49,666 nucleotides of DNA from a virus: the IMG/VR virus record IMGVR_UViG_3300045988_171666. One strand, given 5' to 3'. The translations under genes were made by a program, and so were the position numbers. Of the stretch, positions 33,289 to 44,500 are shown in pieces. The notes beneath the pieces are model-generated. The model saw only the letters and a list, made by a program, of their open reading frames with translations, made no database searches and was not told the DNA's origin. Positions within the stretch are counted from its first letter, which is position 1, and every line of letters begins with the position of its first letter.

Positions 33289-35007
33289 TTAATGAAGGAA
33301 GATGATTCCGGATTCCGCGTACGCAAGTTCGGGCATAAAGAAATTCGCGCCGACAAACAATGTGTCCCATGCGTCGGTAATGTGTGTCTTGTACTCATCC
33401 GGGTTATCGGGGCTGTCTTCTGTAGCTTCCGGCGATTTGTCTTTCTCGAATCCGTTCTTGCCTACTTTCACCGCTGTTTGCTCCATGGCGAGTTTGAGGA
33501 ACTCGTTGTTGTATTTATTGAAAACAGGATAAAGGAGCGCCGGATCATGCTTTAAGGCCCGGTCTATTTGCTCGTGCCTCCAGTCGTGGCGGCTTACCTG
33601 TCCGATATAGATATCGGTGATATCCCAACCATATTCCTTGAAGATCCGGATGATGGTATCTTGATAGGACTCGGAGTTATTGCCGGTAGTCCACGTGAAG
33701 GTCTGGTCATAAAAGAAGATGATATCACGTTTGAGCTTGTATTTGTAGTATTCGCAAACCTGACGAGCCAATTCATCCAGCTTATCGGGGGTCTTGACAA
33801 AGAAGCTCTTTAGGGTACGTAATTGATGGCCTTGTACCTGTCCGATACATGCGGTATTGATTGCGGAGTTACTATCGAAACCGATTAGCAAGGGAGCGTC
33901 CATATCCAGATCCCCATCGGCTAGGCATCCGGCCAGTCGCAGCCGGTTCCAGTCCGCTCCCATGCTACCCATGTAGCGAGTATCGCCGGGGGTATAGAAA
34001 TGGTAATCGTTCAAGGCCGAATAGAAGCCATTAGCGACACGGAACAGGCGTTCGTTCATGAATGCGGTACGCCATATAAGGGAGGGAACGTTGCGGTACA
34101 TTTGCCAAATGTAATCCTTGCCTACGACTTCCATGTTATCGAAAATATCATACTCTCCGTAATATACCGTGTACTCCCGGGTCTTGCCACGCATAGGTTT
34201 GACAGGTGCTTGATACTTACGGGCTAACATCAAGTCATGGCGTAATTCTTTGTATTTGCGTTGGGTGTATGATGTTTGTTCCGGAAGGCGCTCGGTTAAT
34301 TTCATTTCCCGGTATAGGTTCCGGATCAAGTTGATATGAACCGGATTCATGTCGTTGATCTTATCCAATATCCAACGTCCGGCTTTTAAGGTTGGCATAT
34401 CCGTGGAATAGAGAACGGAATGATGCCAAGGGCATTGGTTGAAATCTTGCAAATTTCCCCGATTGGCGGGATCAACCTCGGATTTTATCTTATCGTAGTC
34501 TAGGAATTTCGCCTCCGGACCGATTACCCAATCTAAGGACATGGAGTTCGCTGACATCCCTTGACTGAAGGAGAGTACGACCAATACGGTGCCATTCCAG
34601 AAATGAATGCAATTGCCCCATGCGGTCTGAAGCGGCGGGCGTTTGGGCTTTCCGAAGTTGGCGGACAGGGGTGCCTTGCGGCCAACAAAGAAATGAATGC
34701 CCTCGATATAGCCCCATTCGGCGAGAGCGTGGATAATCGCCGGTAGCGTATTACCCCAAGCCTTGGCATAGGATGGAGAGATTAAAGCCCCGGTAGAACC
34801 CGGCATGGACCAAACATTCCGGATGATGAAGCGTGCGTCCAAACCCTCGGATTTACCGGTACCACGGCTACACACCCAATACTCGTCGTGGGCGGCGATC
34901 GCCATTCCCATGCGTTGCATCTTATTGAAAAACTTGCGTTGCGCCTCTTTCGCTTTACGGGTGAAAGGTTCAGTCATCAGTGCCATAGTCGTCTGTAATG
35001 GGTTCAA
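33289..35007 (-). CDS. terL: Terminase large subunit
   Basis: 572 aa. Walker-A-like VCSRGTGKSEG near the N-terminus and a C-terminal nuclease-like acidic motifs (HITDAWDTLF). The track start is TTG; the first ATG is at 34986. Confidence 0.85.
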   Translation of the reverse strand: MNPLQTTMALMTEPFTRKAKEAQRKFFNKMQRMGMAIAAHDEYWVCSRGTGKSEGLDARFIIRNVWSMPGSTGALISPSYAKAWGNTLPAIIHALAEWGYIEGIHFFVGRKAPLSANFGKPKRPPLQTAWGNCIHFWNGTVLVVLSFSQGMSANSMSLDWVIGPEAKFLDYDKIKSEVDPANRGNLQDFNQCPWHHSVLYSTDMPTLKAGRWILDKINDMNPVHINLIRNLYREMKLTERLPEQTSYTQRKYKELRHDLMLARKYQAPVKPMRGKTREYTVYYGEYDIFDNMEVVGKDYIWQMYRNVPSLIWRTAFMNERLFRVANGFYSALNDYHFYTPGDTRYMGSMGADWNRLRLAGCLADGDLDMDAPLLIGFDSNSAINTACIGQVQGHQLRTLKSFFVKTPDKLDELARQVCEYYKYKLKRDIIFFYDQTFTWTTGNNSESYQDTIIRIFKEYGWDITDIYIGQVSRHDWRHEQIDRALKHDPALLYPVFNKYNNEFLKLAMEQTAVKVGKNGFEKDKSPEATEDSPDNPDEYKTHITDAWDTLFVGANFFMPELAYAESGIIFLH

Positions 35008-35641
35008 TATCTACGATATCATGATCTTGCTTGAACAATGCCCGGAATGATTTCCTTTCTTCTTCAAGATTAGGGATAGGCTTGAAATCATCTCCCATTA
35101 ACGTGACATCATCGGATGGCTCAAAGCAGGGTGGTTCCCAAGCGCTTCGATCAATGTCATCGTCTTCTTTATCGGAGCGGGTGTATTTACCGATCTTGTC
35201 CGCGTTGGCGGCGATACCTTTGGGGTCTTTGGCTTCCCGGGCGATGCGGATACCTTCCTTGGCGGCCTCGATCACCATGTAACGATACCAGTTCTTGCCG
35301 GCTAACTGTACATTTCCTACGAGTCTCCGGATAGCGGCCAAATCACGGTAAGCGGTGGCTTGTGATACGGGCTCACAACTACCGTCGCAACCGGCCATCA
35401 GGAAAGCGATCAGGTCTTTGTCGGCTGTCATGGGGTCTTCCAATAACTTGGAAACACATAACATCCAGCGATCTTTTTGCATAAGCTCCCGGCAGGAGAG
35501 AAGGCTTGCCGCTTCTTCATGCCCTTTGAAAAGTACCGTGGCTATCTTGTCGTATGATGTTAGTTCCTTGTTCATTCTTTCTAAATAGGTTATGATAAAG
35601 GGGAACAGCCAATACCTTATGGATTGTCTATTCCCCTTCAT
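34970..35641 (-). CDS. Terminase small subunit candidate
   Basis: 223-aa ORF (alternative ATG at 35575) overlapping the terminase large subunit start. Called on position only. Confidence 0.4.
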   Translation of the reverse strand: MKGNRQSIRYWLFPFIITYLERMNKELTSYDKIATVLFKGHEEAASLLSCRELMQKDRWMLCVSKLLEDPMTADKDLIAFLMAGCDGSCEPVSQATAYRDLAAIRRLVGNVQLAGKNWYRYMVIEAAKEGIRIAREAKDPKGIAANADKIGKYTRSDKEDDDIDRSAWEPPCFEPSDDVTLMGDDFKPIPNLEEERKSFRALFKQDHDIVDIEPITDDYGTDD

Positions 35642-35655
35642 TATGGAAGCAAGAT

Positions 35656-36588
35656 TTATTTCAAGTTATCCAGTTCCGCCAGCTCACGTTTGTAATAAGC
35701 CAAGCGTTGCTCTGCTTTTTGCCGGAGGTTAAGCTTCCCGTTTTTCTCATGTTGGGCGATAGAGGTTTCCGTGCGCCGGATATTCTCCCTCAGTCGTTCG
35801 ATCCGGTTGGCGATCTGCATACCTTTCAGCAATTGATCGGCCGGGAGCTCCTCGGTTTTTTGAACCTCGGTTTTTAACTGGATCTGCTTACCCTCGGCCC
35901 AAGCGTCGATCTGGTCCCATAGCTTGGCACGGCGGCTCCAAAGCTCATGCACCTGATCGGCGATCGGCTTGCGTTGCTCCGGAGTAAGGGCCTCGTTCTG
36001 CATCTCCGTGAATAAGGCGGCGTACAAGGGGGTGATCTGGCGGACCTCGTCGAAGATCGTACGGATGTTATCCGGAAGGGAGGAGTACGTGGCGATCTTC
36101 GCTCCGGGCCGTAACAGGGCGAATTGATCTTGCAGTTCTTGCAACTCTTCCTGCGCTTCCTCCAGCTCGGCTTGCAATTGATCGATCTCTCCGGATTTAT
36201 CGTCATTGTCTTCCTCCAGCTCGGTGATCTTGTCTTGTAGCTTGAATAGCTCGGATTCTTTCACGAGGATTTCTTTTAAGACTTTATCGCCTTTTAGCTG
36301 ATCCGCTGTTTTCTCGATCGCCTTTGTTGCCGCGACCGCTGTTTTCAAGAGTATCGAACCCCGTTCGGAGATTGTTATCTGGGGTTGGGCCGACGATAGG
36401 CGCGCTACGGTTGTCAACTTATTCACCAATACGGTGAAATGGGAATCGAACTGCGGAACCTCCTTTACCTCGCTAAAGAAAGCGATATACTTCTTTCTCA
36501 TCTCCTCCGGAGCTAGAGCTTGAAAAAGCGCTAGACCGTCCGCGTATTTACGCTTACGGTCCGCTAACCAGTTTTGTAATGTTATCAT
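35656..36588 (-). CDS. Hypothetical coiled-coil protein
   Basis: 310 aa with a long acidic coiled-coil (ELEEDNDDKSGEIDQLQAELEEAQEELQELQDQ). Confidence 0.5.
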   Translation of the reverse strand: MITLQNWLADRKRKYADGLALFQALAPEEMRKKYIAFFSEVKEVPQFDSHFTVLVNKLTTVARLSSAQPQITISERGSILLKTAVAATKAIEKTADQLKGDKVLKEILVKESELFKLQDKITELEEDNDDKSGEIDQLQAELEEAQEELQELQDQFALLRPGAKIATYSSLPDNIRTIFDEVRQITPLYAALFTEMQNEALTPEQRKPIADQVHELWSRRAKLWDQIDAWAEGKQIQLKTEVQKTEELPADQLLKGMQIANRIERLRENIRRTETSIAQHEKNGKLNLRQKAEQRLAYYKRELAELDNLK

Positions 36589-37257
36589 TTAAGAACCTCC
36601 TTCCGGTGGAGTAGGAGCTACCCCGGTGAATAATGCGTCTATATCGATAGGCGTTCCCATGATAATCATAGGGGCGGGGTTATCGGCCTCGAAAGTGAAG
36701 GACCAACCTCTTTTGTCGGCCGCCGCCTTGCCGCCGTCGAAAGAGGCGGTAACCGTACAAGGATAGCCGGGCTGTCCGATAAGCTGCTGGCTCTCGTTGT
36801 CCTCGATGATCAAATAGCCGGGCGTATTGCAGATCTGCCGGGCGAAAGCGGCGGCTTCCACTTTCTTGCCGGGGTGGAAGAACTCGCCGCTGATCTTGTA
36901 ACTTTTACAATCTGTCTCGCCTTGAGACTCCGCTTTGTATCCTACGGTTGCCCGTGTCGCGTAAATAGGTGTCGGTTTACCTCCCGACTCTAAAAAGGTA
37001 AAAGCTCCTGTCGCCGTCACGAAATCGGCTGTGGCCTTGGCCTCTTTGGGGAGCGTGGGGACGACAGAGACTGAGGTTTCCGGAATAAAGGCGATACGAC
37101 CTTTATAACCCCCCATATTGTCCGCTCCGGCTGGCCATAAAACAGGGCCAAACGAGGCGCACATCACATAATCCGCCGGAACGTCCGCCCCCATGAAGAG
37201 GACGGATAGCACCGCTAGCAGAAACAATACGGACAAAACTTTTCTGAAATCTTTCAT
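36589..37257 (-). CDS. Hypothetical head/tail-module protein with a hydrophobic N-terminus
   Basis: 222-aa ORF directly after the capsid gene. The N-terminus LSVLFLLAVLSVLFMG looks like a signal or anchor sequence. Confidence 0.5.
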   Translation of the reverse strand: MKDFRKVLSVLFLLAVLSVLFMGADVPADYVMCASFGPVLWPAGADNMGGYKGRIAFIPETSVSVVPTLPKEAKATADFVTATGAFTFLESGGKPTPIYATRATVGYKAESQGETDCKSYKISGEFFHPGKKVEAAAFARQICNTPGYLIIEDNESQQLIGQPGYPCTVTASFDGGKAAADKRGWSFTFEADNPAPMIIMGTPIDIDALFTGVAPTPPEGGS

Positions 37258-37278
37258 CGTTTTATTTATTTACTGGTT

Positions 37279-38544
37279 TTACGATTTGGTATAAGTACCG
37301 GAAGCGGTGAAGTCCTCTCCATCGGCTACCGTGACTTTCACGTCTGCCGGCTTGGTATAACCGGCGATATCCTTGAAGGATACGGTTTGCTCACCTTTAG
37401 GTATGCCTAAAAGGGTAGCTCCGCTTCTCATCCACTCGCCGTTCTCGCCCACCTTCCAAGCGGCACCGGCTTCTATGGCCTCGTCGCTCTCGATCGTGAC
37501 GGTCAGGGCGGCACCGGTTACGTAGTCGCCCGCTAAATCAACGCCCTCATTGGTGAACTCGTTAATCTGGAATACCTTCGGATGGATATCCTGAAAGCGG
37601 GTACCGTACCCGGCTTGTAGCCAGAACTGAACCTCGTTCGGGTCCTCGAAGATATCGCGGATCTGGACGAACCGGGTCGCCTTCTTCGTATTCACGCCAA
37701 AATCCAGCATTCCGGGACGGATTAAGATCAAGGCCTGTCCTGTTCCGTATGCCTCATGGGTGACAGGTTCCAGTCCCGGGAACTTGGCGTCGTCCTTGAC
37801 CGCCTTCCAAAACTCCTCGGTGGATGGGCGGGCGAACGCTTTTGTCTTTTGCCGGTAAGCCTCCTTACAGATCAACTCGATCTCGTTGGCATAATACAGG
37901 ATCGCTTTACGGCGTAAGAAAGGATGTGCCGCACGTAAGAAGTTGACCAGACGATCGTAATCATCTACACCGTCACCACCGCCAAACGTACCGGTACGTA
38001 CTAGGTTACGATTCGCCATGGTGATATCCTTCGTTGTCTTGAAATGATCGATCCAAGGGAAAAATCCGGTGAAAGAACTCATCGGGCTATACACATTGTC
38101 GTTTCTCTCGGCGAAGAAAGCGGAGAAAGTGATATCCTCCGAATGGCTGATGATGTGATTATCCACCACGAATTTCTCCATGGGGTGTTTCTTTACCGTA
38201 TGGTCCACCTTCTCTCCGGCGTTGGAGAGAATACGTTTTTCCGTATAATTTAAGATGTTATCCTTCAAACGAGAAACGGTAAGTTCCGGTTTGATGGACA
38301 TCTCTACCAATTTACCGATCTCATCGGGATACTTAATCTCGGCCCCGGCTTTATATGGGCCGGTGTGTCCGGCTTTGCGGCGAGCGTTCACGATCACGTC
38401 CTCATTCTCGATCTCGATCACGTTGAGCTTCATGGCCGCGGCGAACTCCTGAAACGTGAAATAGGGAAGGGTACGCAACACGTTATCGTAATCCTTCGCG
38501 TAACGATTCAGTTTCTCAATATCTAAAATGCCTTGTTTTGCCAT
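37279..38544 (-). CDS. Major capsid protein
   Basis: 421 aa, immediately after the protease and scaffold-like genes. Called on size and synteny. Confidence 0.7.
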   Translation of the reverse strand: MAKQGILDIEKLNRYAKDYDNVLRTLPYFTFQEFAAAMKLNVIEIENEDVIVNARRKAGHTGPYKAGAEIKYPDEIGKLVEMSIKPELTVSRLKDNILNYTEKRILSNAGEKVDHTVKKHPMEKFVVDNHIISHSEDITFSAFFAERNDNVYSPMSSFTGFFPWIDHFKTTKDITMANRNLVRTGTFGGGDGVDDYDRLVNFLRAAHPFLRRKAILYYANEIELICKEAYRQKTKAFARPSTEEFWKAVKDDAKFPGLEPVTHEAYGTGQALILIRPGMLDFGVNTKKATRFVQIRDIFEDPNEVQFWLQAGYGTRFQDIHPKVFQINEFTNEGVDLAGDYVTGAALTVTIESDEAIEAGAAWKVGENGEWMRSGATLLGIPKGEQTVSFKDIAGYTKPADVKVTVADGEDFTASGTYTKS

Positions 38545-38549
38545 TGTTC

Positions 38550-38954
38550 TTAGTGTTTAAAAAATCCTGTTTTCTCAGCCTCGGCCATGATAGCGAGGGT
38601 ATCATCCTCATGCTTATCGGCGAAATCCTTGATATCTCCGGTCTCGGCGGTCGGCTCTTGCTTTACTTTTGCTTCCGGCTTTTTGCCTGCCGGTGTTCCC
38701 TTTAGCTCTGCCACGTCTGATTGAAGTTGCTCAATCAGTGTGTCTTTCTCTTTCAACTCTTCTTGGGCGGTCGATAATTGCTCCTGTAAGTCGGAGGTAT
38801 TACCGGTGCTCTCGATCGAATCGAGCAGCTGATCCACTGTTACGTCTTCCGCTTTCATGTCCGGGTTATCACCCAGTACCTTATTCAGAAGCTTGTCCCA
38901 GTTGTCGGCCGCTTGTTTCATCGCATTGTACGAATCATCTTTCAACCACTTCAT
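38550..38954 (-). CDS. Scaffolding protein candidate
   Basis: 134 aa, acidic and coiled-coil (LQEQLSTAQEELKEKDTLIEQLQSDVAELK), between the protease and capsid genes. Confidence 0.55.
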   Translation of the reverse strand: MKWLKDDSYNAMKQAADNWDKLLNKVLGDNPDMKAEDVTVDQLLDSIESTGNTSDLQEQLSTAQEELKEKDTLIEQLQSDVAELKGTPAGKKPEAKVKQEPTAETGDIKDFADKHEDDTLAIMAEAEKTGFFKH

Positions 38955-38960
38955 AAATCA

Positions 38961-39845
38961 CTATGTATTAAAATAATTAAGAACATTCTCGAAAGTATCT
39001 ATCTCATCGATCATACCGATGTCCATGGCCTCCGGAGCGAAAAACATCTTACCGGTGGCCCATTTACCTTGATCCTCATTGATCACGCCTACCCGGGCGT
39101 TAGCGATGCTGGAGATGAAATTCTCGTTATACGTATCGCATACTTTTTTTAGCGGTTCCGTATCTCCCTGCAGAGCCTTGTGAAATTCTTGGTTCTTGTC
39201 CGTGGATTTGGAGGCATAGATATCGATCAACTTGATTCCCATCTTGGCATAATACTCGCTGGTATCAACGATCGTCATATAGGTACCCACGCTTCCGATC
39301 CGGCAGACGTTGGAGTTCGCTACGATCTTGTCGCAACAGGAGGCGATGCCATAGGCGGCGGACGCTACGAAATCATTGCAGAAAGCTACGACAGGTTTGT
39401 TTCGGCTGTTAATCGCTTCCTGCATGATCCGGCATCCCATTCCCTCGCCTCCGCCGGAATCGATATTCAAGACGATCGCCTTGATATTATTCTCGTTGTA
39501 GCATCGGTTTAGGAGATTCGCCTTGGTAAGCATTCCGGATGGACCGCATTCTTGGTCGTATTTCGTGATCGCCCCGTTGATGTTCATTATGGCTACGGAG
39601 TTTTTGGGTGCGTCCTCGGGTGGAGACCATCCTCCATACTCGCTGATCTGGTATGCGCCATTTTTTAGGGAGGCGAAAAGCAAGGCGTTATCCTCGGTCG
39701 GCTCTTGTTCGGAAGAAGCGTTCCGGGGTTTCCCGAACATCGCTTCCGGCTTGGTAAGAAAAGATGCGATAAGGGGGAAATAATTCGCCGCGAAGTTTTC
39801 CTCGACGAACCATACTCCCCCCAGAATGTTGTGTAGATAAAGCAT
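38961..39845 (-). CDS. Prohead protease, S49 (SppA/ClpP-like) family
   Basis: 294 aa. IDSGGGEGMGCRIM..NKPVVAFCNDFVASAAYGIASCCDKIVANSNVCRIGSVGTYM matches the S49 active-site region. Confidence 0.8.
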   Translation of the reverse strand: MLYLHNILGGVWFVEENFAANYFPLIASFLTKPEAMFGKPRNASSEQEPTEDNALLFASLKNGAYQISEYGGWSPPEDAPKNSVAIMNINGAITKYDQECGPSGMLTKANLLNRCYNENNIKAIVLNIDSGGGEGMGCRIMQEAINSRNKPVVAFCNDFVASAAYGIASCCDKIVANSNVCRIGSVGTYMTIVDTSEYYAKMGIKLIDIYASKSTDKNQEFHKALQGDTEPLKKVCDTYNENFISSIANARVGVINEDQGKWATGKMFFAPEAMDIGMIDEIDTFENVLNYFNT

Positions 39846-39902
39846 ATCTTCCTTTTTGATGGCAAGGATATACTTATATATATGTATGGTAAAGGACTTC
39901 GG

Positions 39903-40460
39903 TCAATCGATCAGTTGAAGTTGCGGAACCAATTGCTTTCCGGATAACGAGATTTTGTATCCCGAGAAACCGCTAGGATCGCTGGGGTGCAACACCTCGA
40001 ATTTGCATTTTAGGGGAAAACGATCCGATCCGACCACGAATGTATCCCCACTAAAGTGTTTATACTTAAAGATCGCCGTGAGGTGGTTCAATCGTTCGCA
40101 TTTTTGCCATAGATCGCCGGTCATATATTGACGGGGTATTTGCAAGGAACCAGATACATTATATAGAGTGCCTGATTCACTTTCTTGTGGCTCAACCTTG
40201 ATAGAGGTTCCATATCTTCCCGGGTGAAGGTTGATCCAGTCTCCGGACTTGAGTCCAACTTTTACTTTGTCTGCCTCTTGAGACACGCTCGCTATTTGCC
40301 TCGAGAAAGCGAACCACGCATCGGAGATGCCTCCCATATTGTCTGCCATAACCTTAGTTTTTATTTGTTTATCAATAATATCTGATCGTAATGGATACAC
40401 TTGGAATTTTATTCCTCCCAAAAGGGACAAATCGATACGCTTGGTCGGAGTGAAAAACAC
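39903..40460 (-). CDS. Hypothetical protein
   Basis: 185-aa ORF with a GTG start in the track; the first ATG is at 40349 (MADNMGG...). Confidence 0.4.
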   Translation of the reverse strand: MFFTPTKRIDLSLLGGIKFQVYPLRSDIIDKQIKTKVMADNMGGISDAWFAFSRQIASVSQEADKVKVGLKSGDWINLHPGRYGTSIKVEPQESESGTLYNVSGSLQIPRQYMTGDLWQKCERLNHLTAIFKYKHFSGDTFVVGSDRFPLKCKFEVLHPSDPSGFSGYKISLSGKQLVPQLQLID

Positions 40461-40466
40461 TCGTAT

Positions 40467-40937
40467 TTAACTTTTATTGTACGAACGTTTCTCTTTTTGC
40501 TTCCTAGTTCGGTCCCTCCAGCGATAGTAGTTCTTTTTTAGAGCGTCCTCGCTGATCCCGTTGATATCGAATTTGCGCATAAAGGAAAAAATACTTTCGA
40601 TATACTGTATCCCATACATATGCTTGTTATAATCTATCCATTCGTGCAGCTCGGCCCAGAACATCAACTCTATCCGTCGCTCAAGGATTCGCTGCGAGCG
40701 TTCGCTAAGATAGTTGTAGTAAGACGGATCTTTTCCACATCGTCTGTCCGGCAAAGCTATTTCCAGCGTTCCTTGCTCCAAAGGGCAGGAGGCCGGGCGC
40801 TTGGATGTCAGATCAAACAGGGTATGATACAAATCTGTCTTGTCCGGAAGGGTTATCACTCCTTCCCGGCAATCATTGAATTTTCCACGCATGTACTCCT
40901 CCAAATGCTTTTTTATGCTTATCTTTACTGTCACCAT
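40467..40937 (-). CDS. Hypothetical protein (possible regulator between the origin and the head genes)
   Basis: 156 aa from the ATG at 40937 (MVTVKISIKKHLEEYM...). The longer track ORF to 41183 starts with TTG and runs through the iteron field. Confidence 0.5.
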   Translation of the reverse strand: MVTVKISIKKHLEEYMRGKFNDCREGVITLPDKTDLYHTLFDLTSKRPASCPLEQGTLEIALPDRRCGKDPSYYNYLSERSQRILERRIELMFWAELHEWIDYNKHMYGIQYIESIFSFMRKFDINGISEDALKKNYYRWRDRTRKQKEKRSYNKS

Positions 40938-40999
40938 ATCGATTTTCTCTCTTCTTATAGGCTTTTTTACTCTATTTTCCCTATGTGTATGTGTTATAT

Positions 41000-41335
41000 T
41001 TTGCGACCAACACGTCAACAGACCAACAGGAAATATAAAATATGATGCTAATTTACTATATTTCAATGATATAATCGGTAAAATACTAAGAAACATGCGA
41101 CCAACAAAAAATAGTGGTTGTTGGTCACCCCTACCAACCATCAACAGTACCTCATTTTTCCCCGAATTTAGAATTATCACCAACAGTGACCAACAAAAAG
41201 AAAACGATGACCAACAGGAAACAACAGCCTACTTCTATCTAATTAATATATATATTATTGATTATTATATATTTATCTTATATCTGTTTTGAAATGTTTC
41301 ATCTTTTGTTGGTCTGTTGGTCTGTTGACCACTTT
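41000..41335. other. Candidate replication origin: iterons flanking an AT-rich core
   Basis: GACCAACA at 41005, 41021, 41099, 41188 and 41209, plus CACCAACA at 41178. Inverted TGTTGGTC at 41119, 41307 and 41315, plus TGTTGACC at 41323. An almost pure A/T block lies at about 41237-41300. Confidence 0.6.
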
Positions 41336-41525
41336 TTCTATCCTTTATAGGGTTTCAAAACACGCAAAACTTGCTTATTTCTTTTTTTAATTTCAGGGGG
41401 TCCGGGGGAAATAGATGAATAAAGATAGAACCGGCTTCCCGGATGTGCTTGTTGCCCATGGCCTCCAATAGCCAAGCCATATCCTAGAAAGTCGGTTCTA
41501 TGCGATTTTAAAATACTATCAGTCG

Positions 41526-44500
41526 TTAAAAGCGGAATCCCGGCTCGGTCTCCGGAGTCTGATCGTAGTTTTGTACGTCTCTTTCGAAATCGACATCGAG
41601 CAAGTCTCTGAGAATATCGTAATTGAAACAAACTGCCGAGGTATTACTCTCTTTGTTCACCATAATACGTTTCATGCTGTTATCTATGGTGGGTTCTCCC
41701 GCCGGGTTTGCTAGAATGTCTCCTTTTGGGACTTCTTTCACCTCTTGCCATCGATAACGAGTGGAACGTACTTTGCCAATATAGGCCTCGTTACTTTCGA
41801 AATAGGTATTTAAGGATTGAAGAGAGAACGCCTCACCTTTTAGCTGTTGGGTATACATAGGATAGATATTTGTCATGTTTAGATATAAAACACGGGTATC
41901 TATGGGTTCTAGGGTTTTTATTTCCGTATCCCGGCCTTGTTTCTTAATTGTAACCTTTCCCGGTACTTCGATCTTATAGTCTCTACCTTGAACTAGACTT
42001 CCTGTATCGATCAAGAAGTTGAGTATACTGAAGAAGTTGAACATCTTATTTGAGGAACTAATCGATTCTACTTGTTTGATCACTTTCGCTATTGCGATTT
42101 CGAAGAACTGTTCTGCGGTAAAAGGTAGTTGCAAGGAGGTATGTTCTTCCACTATACGACAAACGGAAACGAACATAGATACTGTCTCGAGTATACGAGA
42201 GAGACCATCCGTGTTTTTAACGGATACCCGTACTTCGTCTTTTAAGGATTTAAAGACCTCGTCGTATACTTTCTTATAATGTTGCAAGATGCTATTTCTG
42301 CACGCCAATATCTCAAGGAGGACGCTATGCAGTCCGGATTCCTCGTATCCTTTCAACTCATTGAAGATTTCTTCTTCCAATTCCGATCGATCGTCACGTT
42401 TCGGTACCTCGCAAATGATACATCGATTTGCTAGAGAGTTGTCATCCTGTTGGGGACTTTCTTGGCCCATGATAACAAGAGCTGCGTTCACTTGGCTACT
42501 ATCGATCTCCTTACTTACCGCATCCTTACGTTTCTGCTTGCCTTCTCCATCATATACGGCGGATTTCAAGGCTTGGAAAATCACAGGGTTTATTTGCGTG
42601 TCGTTATACTCTTCGAGCATGATCGGGATATTCCGGTATCTCTCCAGCCAAGAGAACAAAGCGGCGGGGGTTCCGGAGTTTAGGTTGAATGCCGGTGCGT
42701 CCGGAGACATCGATAGAGAGCGGATGGAATAACCAACTTGTGATTTTCCGGAACCCGTCGGACCGATAAAGAATAAAGCCGTAAAGGTTCTCCTGACATT
42801 GTATATATCGCTACGGAAGGCACTCATGATCGAATATATGATCGCCCACATACCGTTATTGTTTAGCTTGTATACCTCGTTCATCAGTGAGGCCCACTTT
42901 TGGAAATTGATAGAACATCCCGCTTTGGGTTCCCGGTACTTGATAAAGCGATCCAGATAGTAGCGATCGCTATCCCGGCGCTCAGATGCGTAAATTTTAG
43001 AGAAAGCCGGGATATAGTAATATTTTTTGTTATGTTCGACTAATCCTAGATCAGTAACATATTGAAGCTCTTGTTTACCATCTATCTCATGTACGATTGC
43101 ATTACTGAAAGCAAAAAATCCTTCATCATACCAACCAAACATACGGAGTTCAAAGCATGTTTTAAATCTAGCGGCTATACTTTCAGATATAGAATCTAAA
43201 TGGTTTTGAGTTCCGTTACTAAAGAAAAATGCGCCTTCTTCCCATATTCTTTTTTTAAAAGTTTGAAGGGTGATCATATCTCCACTAATCCATTCCATGT
43301 AAATGGGATAATTATAGCAAGGAGAGGTTATTTGGACAACTCGTTTGTTGAACTGGCTTTCTTTATCATAGATATGAATAAGCGGTTCCATATAAAAGTT
43401 TCCTACTCTTATATATGAATTTTTCCCATTAGAGAACATATATGCTACCTTCCTTCCTGAGGAATCTATCAAGGGAAAATATTTATAAGCTTTCCACATT
43501 CGATTTATTTCCGGATCTTTTTCAACGTAATCAGGCAAACGATTGGGATCGAAGATTAGAGCGGTACCATCTATTTGCAATGCGTCGTTATTAAACTTAA
43601 CCTCAGATTTTCGAATTTCAAGGTAAGGTTTTAGAACGTGCTCAAGAGCTGTTTTTGTTACTCCTAACATTCGGGCATAATCTGTAGTTTGGAAAGCCCG
43701 GGTGGTAGCATCCGCGTAGGATATCACTTCAGAGCATCTTTCTAAGGCTATTTTCTTTATATTCTCGGGAGATTCCCGGAATGTACTGTATAATCCGATA
43801 TAGTATTCATTGAATCCAATCTCTTTCTCTGTGTCTACGAGTTTATAACGTTCTTCACCTTTCTCGTCTACATAACTTTCCCGCTCTCTTTTATATTTGC
43901 TCATGGAGACCGTGAAGCCGGTTCTTGTCAAGGAACGTAGAAATGAGAGCTCTTCCGGTTCGATCATGTTTTCTTTTACCTCGAATTTATCCCTGCAACG
44001 GATGATGGGAGATAGCCGGCGAAGCTCTTGGACCTCGGACACACCCGGGATACCTGTTATAAGGATGACCGGACAAACTCCCCATCCCTCGGAGAAACGA
44101 TTGATAGACCAAGTAAGGGTGACTTGTTTGTTCCCGGTTTTTACAAGTTCCTCCGCTTCTTCCACGCCGGTCAATCCCGGTTGGGTAGGTTGGGCTAGCA
44201 CGCTTTTCTTACCTACGGCTTGTAGCTCGGCAACTAGATTTGTTATCAATTCCCCATCTGCGTTAAATCGTTCGGCGAGGGATACGATATACGCTTGCCT
44301 TTGTAATTTATCCGGTACGACGGAGATACTTTGGGCGATAATCCGGAGAACCTCTGTTTTCCGGATCGGATCATCCATCTCGCTTTCGAATGCTTTATAA
44401 ATAAAGGAGATGAAGTCGGTCTCCTGCTTTTTCAAGAATTTGGCTAGTTTCTCAGTCCCCATCTTGCGGGCGAAACTGTCCGGATCTTCTCCTTCCGGAA

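Noticed and set aside
33033-33555. Small ORFs 33033..33227 (minus strand) and 33268..33555 (plus strand) around the terminase 3' end.
   Set aside because: One lies in the hairpin-rich intergenic region and overlaps the DUF4248 gene end. The other is antisense to the terminase large subunit gene. Neither has supporting signals.
40938-41183. An N-terminal extension of the 238-aa ORF 40467..41183.
   Set aside because: The track start is TTG and the extension reads through the iteron field. An ATG at 40937 gives a compact 156-aa protein.
41338-41631. A 97-aa minus-strand ORF overlapping the primase 3' end.
   Set aside because: It overlaps the primase gene by about 100 nt in another frame, has an Arg-rich low-complexity translation, and covers the structured intergenic region.
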